Of a DNA stretch of 64,000 nt, positions 38,331 through 50,840 are shown one piece after another; position 1 is the stretch's first letter; every line of letters starts with the position of its first letter. The stretch is from Octopus vulgaris. Taxonomy: Eukaryota. The notes below the pieces were generated by a model, which searched no databases, was not told the origin of the DNA, and saw only the letters and a list, made by a program, of their open reading frames with translations. The DNA is taken from the NCBI GenBank assembly GCA_951406725.2, contig OX597814.1:209312001-209376000 (forward strand), written 5' to 3'. Position numbers and translations under genes: made by a program.

Positions 38331-39791
38331 ATTTTAATGATTATAAGGGCATCTATTTACTTCTGTCATGTCTGTGTATTTCTCAGACAATGAAAAATAA
38401 TGAAAATTTTCATTCACATTCATACTCCAGAAGTATGAAAGAACTACTTCAAGATTTGAACGTGGAACAGAAATAAATACATACAAATTAACAGTAGTGA
38501 TGATCATAAAAATGATGATGATTTTCTTGGAAAAAATGGCCCTATACATCAGGGTTAAAATTGAATGTTAGAATTTATGTTTCGATATTACAGAATGTAT
38601 TCTCAGTTGGGATTTTGTTCATTTAGCGTCAACAATATTTTCAGTATTAGAATTTATTGTTTAACTAAGGTTGCCAACTAATATTGAACATGTCGTGGAA
38701 AGTATTTTTTTCCCCATTCCACTTCGTACCTGAAGAGTGTTATTAATCTTTAATAGTGTATTATTCACAACCTACGCCCTCCCAAGCAGAAATAACCTTA
38801 AGAGAAATATAACATGCTAATCACATGTTTTCTTAATGTTTTTGTTTTATCCTAAAATTAGTACAACGGCTTTTTAGGTTCCATGACATCTTTGCTATAA
38901 ATTGTTTTAGGGGAAAAATAAAAAACAAAAACAAAACGTATTTTAGCGAAATTGTGTAAAATTCAGAATTTTACAAAAATCTTTTTCTAAATAATAATTT
39001 ATTTTCATTAATAAATAAATTTATTACCAAGTTTAAGGCATAATTTTTAATTTCGATTATACATTCACCATGTTTCTTGCATGCGATGTAATCAGTATTA
39101 ACAACTACAGACTCTGATAGTTTCCAGTGGAATTGGCGCCAGATATATAGACGAATTGTCATTTGAGGTTGTAAAAGTCAGATTCCAAGTAAGTTTCCCA
39201 AAGGGAACAATAAAACTTCACTAATATATTTTGTTTAAAACAGTAAGAAAGAGAGATGTGTAGATAAGCATTTAGTCGTATGTTTCTCGTATGATGTCAA
39301 ACTTTGAGTATTATTAATGGGGGTTAGCTGTCATCAGTGAGTTTACATGCCATAACAGACGGCTGTTTATTGTAGTTATGGTGTCAAATCAGATTTTTAA
39401 AATACATATTTCATTTGTTCTATGATGCACATCGAGTTATTTACGTTTGTTTAAATACGTAGTTGAACAACAGGGTTGAGAACTTTGGATGGCGGTTCTG
39501 TGTTTTTATCTAAACGCAGAGTTCATATCGAATCCGGTCAAATATATATATATGTCTCTATTTTACATTGTACAGATAGCATTCAACATTGATCTAGTCG
39601 TTCTTTCGTACCACTAAGGACACTTCATCAGCTTCATTAACTGTTCACTAATGACCCGATTGTTTAAAGAACAAATATACAAATCACGTAGTTGCTGTCT
39701 CACATGAGAATACACATACATTCATTAACGAATGTGTGTTTAAAGTACTGCATTTCTATAGTAGTACAAATGCGATTGGATTTACAAAACA

Positions 39792-39831
<40 letters not shown>

Positions 39832-39992
39832 ACAAACGTGTCTGTCTGTATGTGTTTTCTTTTTTTCTTATTTCTTTTTCATCTGGATTTTAAGTTATAT
39901 TTTTATACGATTTCCTTCCAGTTTGTTTTGAAGAATAAAGTTCCTAAATCCAACATCAACATATCTAAACGTTCATACTCTTATCTTGAAGG

Positions 39993-40081
39993 GGGAAAGT
40001 AATGGCAGTGTCTGCTGCTATCACTTTATAGTAAGCAGCGACGTTGATTAGCGTAGACATTATTGCCAGAAGAACTTTTCC
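39993..40081 (+). ncRNA. Candidate pre-miRNA-like hairpin
   Basis: TGGCAGTGTCTGCTGCTATCA (40003-40023) pairs with TGATTAGCGTAGACATTATTGCCA (40045-40068), with an 8-bp lower stem GGGAAAGT/ACTTTTCC. Folded by eye only. Confidence 0.3.
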
Positions 40082-40977
40082 ATTAAATATATATATATAT
40101 AAACGTTATCAGTCAGGTATTACATTTTTGTTTGTAACTAGTATTATCTGTGTATGTTGTCTGTATTAATTTTAGCATTGTGTTCTGTTATGACTGTTGC
40201 TCATCGTAAATCATCTATTTTTGTAGGCAATTCTCGATAGCCTAAATGTGTTGCCCACTATTTTTCTAATTTCGTTTTTTGCTCTGTTGTATAGTGCATT
40301 GCAATTGTTTCTTGCTATATATCAGACATAGGCCGCATGAGACATGGCCAATCATCAGGCGGGCCACACTATTAATAAAATATATATATATGGTAATTTT
40401 TCGTTAGTATGCTATTCAAAAAGTCCCATGGGTCGTAGTTTGGCCATGACTGCTAGAGATGCAAGGTATGTCGGCAAAAGTGCCGTTCCTTTTTTGGTCA
40501 GTATAACTACTACAGATGTAAAGTTTACGTTAGTAATCGAAATTTAAAAAAAGTTTTGTGCATTTATAGTTAGTGTAATGTAGGGTGTAATTTGTGTTTT
40601 GTTTTGATTTTTGAAGATATGCTTATTATAATATTGGTAATATGCATCTGATCATTCATAATGATTTGTGTAATTTTTAATAGGTTTGTGTTTGATGTGT
40701 TTGGTGCCATCTTTGTTTCTGAGAGTGGGTTATTCTATGGCTCAGTCATTGAATTACTCCACCGAAGGCTCTCTGTTGCAGGTTATATCAGGGAGAACAT
40801 GGCTCCAGGCTTGATCCCACTGTGTAGTGCCCTGAGCAAGTGTCTTCAACTATAGCCTCGATCCGATCAGAGTCTTGTGAGAGGATTTAGTGGACAGAAA
40901 CTGATGGAAACTCGTCGTATATATATGATTGATTGATTCTAGTTTCAGCTCACGAGCTGTGGCCATGCTGGGGCACC

Positions 40978-41030
<53 letters not shown>

Positions 41031-41039
41031 GTATATACG

Positions 41040-41359
41040 ATAGATATGGACGGTCTATGGGGTTACCCTAAATTTCATGTCCATAAAGCGCTTAGCTATG
41101 CAGCGTCTCTTCAGGCCCTAGGTCTATGGTTTCTCTAGAAAATGGAGAAGGAAAAGACTTCATTACACTATATCAACAAGGGATTTTTTCTTTTAACCGC
41201 TATTCGTAATTGACACTGTTAGCGTAAATGACCCTGTTAATTACGAATAGAATCCAATTGTTAGAGAGGCCATATGCCTAGGGTCTGAAGAAACGTTGTA
41301 AAGATAAGCGCTTTTTGAACGTGAGACCCAGGGTAAACCCATACACCGGTCATATTTAT
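41040..41359. mobile_element. Old palindromic MITE-like element (~100-bp imperfect arms plus an inner inverted repeat)
   Basis: 41041-41140 is complementary to ~41260-41359 (roughly three quarters of positions by eye). Inner repeat TATTCGTAATT/AATTACGAATA. Confidence 0.7.
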
Positions 41360-41427
41360 CTTTGTCAGTATACTCTACTGCTCTATAACTTCGAGTGTGC
41401 TTCTTTTTCAGATTTACGATTCACTGA

Positions 41428-41484
<57 letters not shown>

Positions 41485-41962
41485 AGTGCAAGAGATACAG
41501 AGAAGTTCAACTCAGGCAGACCTTCTTCAGACGATCGTTGGAATACTTCATTTCCTTTAAATATGGCACCAAAACTCTTCTTAAACATTTATTACACCCT
41601 CCATTCCATAATATATTTTTAAATTTTAAAAGAACTGTCTTTCTATATTTCATTATTCTTATCTATATTTTTATCTATACTCTATTATATTTATATATCT
41701 TCATATTTATTTATCCTTGCATATATTTAACATTCATATATATTTTTATATTCTATATCTTTATATTCTGAATGTATTAATATATGTTTTAGACATTTCT
41801 ATCATATTAAATCAGTATATGTATACACCAATAGTAGGCTGCTTGAGTTGAAATTCTCTGTATCTCTTGTACTTGTCTAGCGTCTCGGGTTTGACTCGAG
41901 CACTTCCATGTTTTCTATGCTTTTCTACAGAAAATTTATAATTATATATATATATATATACA

Positions 41963-41993
<31 letters not shown>

Positions 41994-42169
41994 CATGGAC
42001 ACTCACGTCAACCAGCATAAAAGATTTGTTTATAGTGATGAAAGGTATGTGCCACCGCGCATTAGCTCACTCTCTCCATCAAAACGACATTGTATGAATA
42101 GTGCATGCTGTACTACCCGTCAGGCATCGAAATTATCGTAGAGAAACGTGAGCGGAATATTCATATATG

Positions 42170-42265
<96 letters not shown>

Positions 42266-42335
42266 TACATACATACATACATACATACATACATGCATGC
42301 ATACATACATACATACATACATATATATATATATA

Positions 42336-43535
42336 CGAGGGGCGTTCAATAAGTAATGCCCCTGACCCACTTCCCATAGCAGTAGAGCAACGAAACTTGG
42401 CACAGTTATTAGTATTTTTCTACATAGGAACCACCTAGAGGTACGCATTCCTCCCATTGTTTGATGCAACTCTTGAGACAGTATTTGTAGAAGACCCCAG
42501 CTTGGTCCTCCAACCACGACGTGACTTCAGAAATCAAGGCTGCATCATCTGGGGAACGCTTTCCTTTCAAAAACAACTTCATGTCTGGGAAGAGGTGAAA
42601 ATCAGAGGGTGCAAGGTCAGGAGAGTAGGGGGTGGGGGAAGAGTTCATAGCCGCATGCCTGTGCTTCTGATCTGACGACACGCGAGTTGTGGATAAGAGC
42701 GTTGTCCTTCAGGAGGAGGATGCCTCTGCTGATCTTGCCCCGCCTCTTGATTTTGATAGCTTCTCTTAATTTTCCCAAAAGTGAAGCATAATAGGCTCAT
42801 GTAATTGTGGTACCCTTTGCCAGGAAATCTGTCATCACTACTCCGTCCTGGTCCCAGAAGACTGTGAGCATGACCTTGCCACCGGAGGGCTGCACCCTTG
42901 CCTTCTTTGGAGGAGGTGAGTCACGGTGCTTCCACTGCATTGACTGGGCTTTGGTCTCTGGATCATAGTGATGGACCCAGGTTTCATCCTGTGTAATCAG
43001 TCTTTTGAAAAATTTTGACTCATTTTCTTGGCACAACTCCAAATTCATCCTCGAGCACTCGACGCATTCTTGCTTCTGGAAAGGTGTGAGCAACCTGGGA
43101 ATCCATCTGGCAGACACCTTTTGCATATGCAAATGGTCATGAATGATAGTTTCCACAGACCCGGTACTAATCTTGACCTCATGGGCTATTTGGCGAATAG
43201 TTATGCGTCGATCTTTCAAAATGGCAGCCTCAACTTGAGGCAGAAGGATCTGGGAGCTGTTTCTACAGAGTTCCGACCCTGTTTGAATTCACGATGCCAG
43301 CGCTTTACAAGGTCATATGATGGGGCATCATCACCATAAGTTACTTTCATTTCATCAAAAGTCTCCCGTGGTGTGCGTCCTTTCAAATACAAAATCCGGA
43401 TCACTGCTCGACACTCAACAGGCTCCATTTCACACTTGACTCAGTTCAAACACCTGTAAATCAGAAACCACAATAAATTCAGAGCTGTAATTTGCCATTT
43501 AATCTATAGAGATATAAATAATTGCACATGCAAAA
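42336..43535 (-). mobile_element. Near full-length mariner transposon with ~37-bp TIRs and TA TSD
   Basis: CGAGGGGCGTTCAATAAGTAATG(C/T)C(C/T)CTGACCCACTT at both ends, each flanked by TA. Confidence 0.96.
42409..43428 (-). pseudogene. Mariner (DD34D) transposase pseudogene
   Basis: MEPVECRAVIRILYLKG, WIPRLL, ITQDETWVHHYDPETK, KDNA and YSPDLAPSDFHLF are split over three frames. Confidence 0.93.
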
Positions 43536-43599
43536 TGTCAGCTAGATCAAATTACTGCAAGTGGGTCAGAGACATTACTTATTGAACGCCCCTCGTATA

Positions 43600-44417
43600 T
43601 GTGCATGCATAGGAATTTATGTCTGTGAGTGTGTTTGTGGAGTTGTTAGCTAACTCTTCCTACATCATTTTAGCGATTTTGATGAAACTTGACACATGAG
43701 TAGAACTCATTTCTGGAAATCTCAAGGCATATTCTGATTGTTGAAAAAATTTATACTAGTGCCTTTGGAAGGGATGCTTATATATAGCCAAGGGAAATAA
43801 CCCGTTCATTTTCCTAAATCATTTGGTAAGAATGAAATAGAGTATGCTTATTTTTTAGTGTTTCAACTGTTAGAGTTATTTTCGCAATTTATCCAGTACA
43901 ACCCTTAAACAAGTAAACAGTATTTTCCTAAACAATAGATCTACTTATTTCGGTTGGTGACCTATTCACGAATATACCAACACTAGCTAGCGCCCCTGAG
44001 GGTAATATTCTCTGGGAATGCACAAAAGCCCTTTCATATCTGATTAGCCTGTTATTACGTAACATGCTTCACGATTTTAGTATACATACCTTATTAGTAT
44101 TTCCTCCTATTTTCTATATACTCTGAGAAAGCATTAAAGCGCTTTTCGGGGCTACTTTATTTGAATTCTTACTATCGGGTAACTAATTTCATGTTATTAT
44201 ATAATTGACTTCACAAGTTGAGTATTCATAACATATTGAGAATTCCTAAATACAATATCCTGTGTAAGACAATTCGGTATTCTTTGTAAATGCAAAAAAA
44301 AAACCCGTTTTAAGGGCTACTTACTTTGTATTGCTGTTATTGGATTAGCGAAACAATTATGAGAACGGAACCAAGAGATAAGCCCCGCTTTCCCGGAAAT
44401 TACTGGTACGTCAGTTA

Positions 44418-44419
<2 letters not shown>
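43600..44419 (+). mobile_element. Possible old Helitron-like remnant
   Basis: GATTTTGATGAAACTTGACAC motif shared with the 34940 copy, and a degenerate CCCGG..GGTAC...TTAGT 3' end. Confidence 0.4.
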
Positions 44420-44486
<67 letters not shown>

Positions 44487-44927
44487 CAAATTGAGATAGG
44501 AGTATATTACTCCTTCATGTACACTGTTTTGTTCTATATTATTATGTTTGACCTTAAAGTTTCTTATGTAGTGGTTTAATAAAGTATGTTATTGGGTATT
44601 ATCTGGTAGTTGTTATTTGATTTAGATGTATTTCTCCATTTTCTTATTTTGTATATATATATATATATATATATCGACAAATAGGATTTGTCGATAATAT
44701 GGAGACTTATGTTTAGGACTTACGTTTAGGACTTAGATTTCTATGTCAACAATTTGATGATCGTTACACATCTTCAACTGGTGCAAGCCTGATGCACGTA
44801 GCAGCACGGATTACAAAAACACATAGAAACAATACGGCATCGTGCAATTAAGTGGTGTAAAAATCGTTAGGTATGATACACAGATAGCAATTTTAATTTA
44901 TTGCTGTTTCAACTGAGTACACCGAAA

Positions 44928-45013
<86 letters not shown>

Positions 45014-45090
45014 GTTTGTATGTCTGTCCATCTTGCTGTGCCTCTCTCTCTCTCAGTATATATATATATTTTTTGTTTAAATACATACAT

Positions 45091-45145
<55 letters not shown>

Positions 45146-45874
45146 TATACTCCAAATATGTAGATGTATGTGGTTAGCATATGAATATATGTATTTGATA
45201 CCACTTGTTACTGTGAGTTATGAATCACTATAATATATTGTTACTTTACACTTAACCTGTAAAGAGTTCTCTGTCTATACATCAATATGTGTGTATATAT
45301 ATATATATATGTTTATATGTATGTGTGTGTTTAGGTGTGAGTGTATGTATGTGTGTGGGTGTATGAATACATACACACACATATCCTCGACATTTGTATT
45401 TAGTATAGACATTAATACATATGTGTCTGTGAGGACTTATGGATAAGAACAAGGCGACGAGGGGATTAGTTTAACAATAGATCGAGTCTATTGAACAGAA
45501 TAACGCATTAATCACGAATGTCTAATGTCCTGATTCTTTGTAAATATCTAAGAGTAGATTTATCGATCCAGTAAAATGAACAAATTAAGATGAGTAACCA
45601 ATAATTAGAATTAAGTGAGAGATTAAGGAAGATTAAAAACATTTCAAGAATGATCGAATATTTTAATGAAATATTATAGAAGGAGAATTCTTTATCGTTG
45701 TTAATTCCTCAATACATTTTGATTCTAATGTTTTCGCACTTCAATAAGATGATAAATAATTCTTCGAACTGATATGCATTTATGTGGTGTATGCAGACGG
45801 ATGTGTGTATAGCATACATTCTTTCATTTCAACTCACGCATATACATACATACATACATACATACATACATACA

Positions 45875-45917
<43 letters not shown>

Positions 45918-45924
45918 ATATATA

Positions 45925-46117
45925 CTCTTTTACTTGTTTCAGTCATTTGACTGTGGCCATGCTGGAGCACCGCCTTTAGTCGAGCAAATCGACCCCGGGA
46001 CTTATTCTTTGTAAGCCTAGCACTTATTCTATCGGGCTCTTTTGCCGAACCGCTAAGTTACGGCGACGTAAACACACCACCATCGGTTGTCAAGCGATGT
46101 TGGGGGGACAAACACAG

Positions 46118-46140
<23 letters not shown>
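45925..46140 (-). mobile_element. 3' half of a family A SINE
   Basis: Matches the 4900-5120 region in reverse. Confidence 0.87.
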
Positions 46141-46168
<28 letters not shown>

Positions 46169-46300
46169 CTACATATACAAATATGTATATATATATGTAT
46201 GTATATATAATATATGTATATATATATATATAATATATGTATATATATATGCACGTATGTATGTATGCATATATGTATGTAAGTGTGTGTGTTTGTGTGT

Positions 46301-46536
46301 GGAGGCACGTGGTTTAGTGATTAGGGGCTCGCATTCATGATCGTAAGATTGTGCTTTCGATTCTTGAACCGAGCTATGCGTTGTGTTCTTGAGGAAAACA
46401 CTTTATTTCTCGTTATTCCAGTCCACTTAGCTACCAAATATGAGTATATCGTCGTCCCGTCCAGGAGGGTGGGTGGGAACATATATGTCAGAGAACCCGG
46501 GAAACCGGCTTTATCAGCCTAACGCTCAGGAAGGGT
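46301..46536 (+). mobile_element. Old tRNA-derived SINE with a distinct (V-domain-like) body
   Basis: tRNA-like head, TGTGTTCTTGAGGAAAACACTT, then GTCCCGTCCAGGAGGG...GAAACCGG. Confidence 0.65.
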
Positions 46537-46805
46537 GTTTGCTCCTTTATCCACACACACACGCACACACACTACACACACACACACACTTGCAAACACA
46601 CACACAACCAACACACACACACACACATGCAATCACACACACATGCAAATACACACAAACATACACGCATATATTTTTGCCGGTACGCACACACACACAC
46701 TCAGGTACGCATGAACTCAATGAACCAAGTGTCTGAATGTATCCATATACGAGTCTTGAAGGTGTTCTCTATCAGTCCGATGTGTTCTCTTTGGTTCGCC
46801 TTCAG

Positions 46806-46883
46806 CTCGTACATTTTCTCAAGAATTACATGTTGGTGGGGGGACTCGACTTCTACATTACCAAATCAATGGTACAGTGGTTG
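46806..46883 (+). CDS. Candidate 78-nt symmetric internal exon of the host gene
   Basis: Acceptor TTCTCTTTGGTTCGCCTTCAG| and donor TTG|GTGAGT. Unique sequence, open in all three frames (e.g. RTFSQELHVGGGTRLLHYQINGTVV). Confidence 0.5.
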
Positions 46884-47649
46884 GTGAGTTGTTTCCGACT
46901 GCTTTATTGTTGTTCATTATCTCGGTTCGTGTACTGTTGAAAATATTACTGCTAATGTCAACCTACTCATTAAAATCTGATTGTATCTCTGTAAAACGGG
47001 GAACTGCTTGCTCACTAAACATAGGAAGCATCGATCCAAGCTAGTAGATACATTTCTCTACACTGGGTTCTATGATGTAACTCCCTTAGTTCTTGACTTC
47101 TTGGATCTGAAGGAATTGGCGCCATATATCTAATTCTGCTAAATATCTAAAATCGCTTTTACTCAGCACATTATTATAATAGGGGTGGGGATGGTCTACT
47201 AAACATGGAGGATCCGTTAGAAAAACGTCTACTAACATTTACATTTGCACTTTGTTGATAACATTAGGGAACCTTTATTAATAATGATGACCTTTTTCGT
47301 TAGGCTTGTGGTAGGGGGGCAGTAAATGCTCATATTCATATTTAGAACTATTCTATGAAATTATTGTGCTTGTTCATATCAAAGTCTATGCTTAATCCGT
47401 CTCTTCTATGTAGACTGCTCCTCTGTGTTTTCAGTAATAGCAAACTAACCCTGTTAAAATATTTCTGCGCCATATAACTAACCGTACAACAGTCGAAAAA
47501 CTAGTCTCTGTTGTTTTTGATACAAAAGGATATCGTCGTAATACAGCAGTGACTTTTAATATCGCTCGCATTTATTACGATATCAATATGATCGCGTCAC
47601 TATCGTATCATATTGATAAAATTTTTATGGAATTTCATGATCTGGAGTA

Positions 47650-48090
47650 TTATCCATGAAATGGAGAGATAGAACTCCACGGTGTCAAAATACATAAACC
47701 TGGAGTTTACCTTGATCTGGACAATAATGAGACACTTAATGTTGGCGTTAGAACAATTCCATCATTCTCGATTGGTGCCTACATTAAACCACCCGGGGTT
47801 GATGTTAACAATTTTATCATTACTACTTTCACTGTTGTTGCCACCATTGTCAATGCATACTTTTCCTTTCTCACTGCTTTCACCATCGGGATGGCAGGGC
47901 ATGGTTTTTATTTTTATTTTTACGCAGTAGGACTTGTCTGAGGGAGCGGCGGTACGCCGTAGCTACTCCAGAGTAATAAGCCACTGGACTGGTATAAAAA
48001 AAAAGCTACTACACTACGTTTTATTGTGTAGTCTTTCTCCAAATTGTTACCCAACAAATCGCCAACGATAGGTATACATATATACACAGA
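47650..48090 (+). mobile_element. Possible Penelope-like element remnant (GIY-YIG C-terminus plus 3' region)
   Basis: LMLALEQFHHSRLVPTLN resembles the E-x-x-x-I-x-x-x-x-P-x-L-N end of PLE endonucleases. Weak. Confidence 0.35.
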
Positions 48091-48615
48091 TATAGATTAT
48101 AAGGGTGGCTTCTTAGCAATTTTCTAATCGAAAGGCAAAAATATATGTCATTGAAAGAGACTGAGGGCGCTATTGAGCACCAGTATTGCTAGAAATAAGA
48201 GTCAAAACAACGCATAGCCACAATAACGCACAGTTTTATTTATCTACAAGGAAGGCTAGCTCCCTAAGCACCGGGAATTGCCAGATCACCAGTGATTTCG
48301 CGTTTACATTAACGCTCATCAGTGGCTCTCACCAGAGCCTTGGGTTAAACTCAACTACTCCTGTCAGCTTTCCGTAGAAATCATACTCTGATTTCATAAT
48401 TGATAAAGGTGTGGATTATAAATAATAAGGGTACAAATATATGTATTTTTACACACACGAAAATATACATGGATGAAAGGGAAGGGAACAGTCGATTATA
48501 TCGATAACAGAATATATACCAAAATATAACACACACGAAAATATACACACATATGTTTTAATAAACTTAATCTTTTTAGTTAGCGACGATTGAGTGCACC
48601 TACACTTAATATCAA

Positions 48616-48984
48616 CTAGCAGTATCGCCCGGCGTTGCTCGGGTTTGTAAGGGAAATAACTATAAAGCATTTTTAGAGAGTTTTAGCCAAAAAATGGGAA
48701 AAAAATGATGGTAAAATTTTTTTAGTTAAAAAGGTCGAGTTGCGTCCCCTAGACAGTCTGTGGTTTGTGTTTCTGATTCTCGACCCCATGTCGAATTTAT
48801 CGATTTTTTCAGATCTGGGGGAACTTTTCAAAATTTTCGCTGCGTTAGTTTTGAATTATGACATTGGGCTATGTGTGTGTCAAGTTTCATCAGAATCGGT
48901 TGAAAGCCGTGGTCAGAGTGAGGGTACAACCTGACAGACACACAGAAACACACAGAGACAAACTGCCGTTTATATAGAGAGAGA
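48616..48984 (-). mobile_element. Non-autonomous Helitron (chimeric)
   Basis: The 5' half matches the 34940 copy and the 3' end matches the 28348/31438 copies. TC...CTAG termini in an A|T site. Confidence 0.9.
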
Positions 48985-49380
48985 TTTCAGTCAATTCAAC
49001 AATACTGCTGATTCCTCACCGAAATATGCTGTCTTTTTCTCGATGAGATGCAAGTGAAGTTTTTTTCTTTAAAAAAAATTATTGTATTCATTTGAAAACA
49101 GTTTGAACTGCATAAACAAAACGGCAAACATTGGATACTGTTTCGCTCAACTCATAAAAATTCATAATTCATGCCATAATTCATGGGGAAAACCATATAT
49201 AGAGAGGTGGAATTGTGCAACTTGGAACGGATTCTGTGCAATATTTGTTCCAGAGCTTTGTGTTATGAGTTCAAATTTCACCATGTCCTACTTGATCCGT
49301 TCACTCACTTTAACAAAATACCTCTATGATCTTGGGTATTTAAGCGGATTCCACTCTGCTGAAGTCATTCGGATACTCTA

Positions 49381-49780
49381 CTCTTTTACTTGTTTCAGTC
49401 ATTTGACTGCGGCCATGCTGGAGCACCGCCTTTAGTCGAGAAAATCGACCCCAGGACTTATGCTTTGTAAGCCTAGTACTTATTCTATCGGTCTCTTTTG
49501 CCGAACCGCTAAGTTACGGGGACGTAAACACGCCAGCATCGGTTGTCAAGCGATATTGGGGGGACAAACACACACCCACACACACACATATCTCTCTCTC
49601 TCTATATATATATACATATATACGACAGGCTTCTTTCAGTTTCCGTTTACCAAATCCACTCACAAGGCTTTGGTCAGCCTGAGGCTATAGTAGAAGATAC
49701 TTGCCCAAGGTGTCACGCAGTAGGACTGAACCCGGAACCATGTGGTTCGTAAGCAACCTACTTACCACACAGTCACTCCT
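49381..49780 (-). mobile_element. Full-length family A SINE
   Basis: Reverse complement of 4721-5124. Confidence 0.9.
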
Positions 49781-50062
49781 TCTGTTTACTATTCTCGGAG
49801 GCCTTGTAGATCACTATAAGCAAAAAAGATTTAAAAAAAAATCTTGTGATCAGTTACTATCACTTGACTTCTTGGCTGCTTGTACGCTGCTCAGTGACTT
49901 AATATTTATATTAACTTATGTAATTTCTATCAGGTTTCAGTTTTTATTCTTCACTCTAGAAATTATTTGGAATTTGTCTCAATAAAGACAATGTTGTATC
50001 TTCTGAGTTCTTTAATGTTGATTTGATTTTCTCCTGTTATCTTGAATACCGAATACCTATTC

Positions 50063-50134
<72 letters not shown>

Positions 50135-50518
50135 TAAAGGGGCTGATTCTTATTGTGAAATGAAATGCAATGCAACTTGCTGGATTTTGTCTTCAATTGT
50201 TACTTCAGTTAGTTTGTGAATTATACGTGACCATTGATGCGTGAATTAACAACAGACTACAAAGTAATTTTATAACGTTGAAAAGGTTTACATTTTAAGT
50301 AACGTTCTGTATTAGAAATACGAATAAATTTAATCTGGTACTCGCTATCAAGATCATATCCACTTAAAAACCATAGACAGTAGCCTCAATTACCAGCGAC
50401 AGCTTTCATCGTGAGGTACTCAGGCAAAATTATTCTTATTGCTATGATTATGGGCATTGTTTACTTGCCAAACATTTTAATCACTTCTATTAAAGGCGGG
50501 ACTGAACTAAATAAGGGC

Positions 50519-50573
50519 TTCTTCTTCTTCTTCTTCTTCTTCTTCTTCTTCTTCTTCCACTTCTTCTTCTTCC

Positions 50574-50604
<31 letters not shown>

Positions 50605-50630
50605 CTTCTTCTTCTTCCACTTCTTCTTCC

Positions 50631-50661
<31 letters not shown>

Positions 50662-50760
50662 CTTCTTCCACTTCTTCTTCTTCTTCTTCCTTCTTCTTCT
50701 TCTTCTTCTTCTTCTTCTTCTTCTTCTTCTTCCACTTCTTCTTCCTCCACTTCTTCTTCC

Positions 50761-50791
<31 letters not shown>

Positions 50792-50840
50792 CTTCTTCTT
50801 CTTCTTCTTCTTCTTCTTCTTCTTCTTCTTCTTCTTCTTC
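50519..50840. repeat. ~320-bp (CTT)n with CCA interruptions
   Basis: Read directly. Confidence 0.95.

Noticed and set aside
39111-39193. Possible exon ending CAA|GTAAGT (TLIVSSGIGARYIDELSFEVVKVRFQ)
   Set aside because: The acceptor lacks a polypyrimidine tract and the phase does not fit the upstream candidate exon. It cannot be distinguished from chance.
39590-39640. CTGATGA...GAAA on the minus strand
   Set aside because: Stems I and III do not pair; likely chance.
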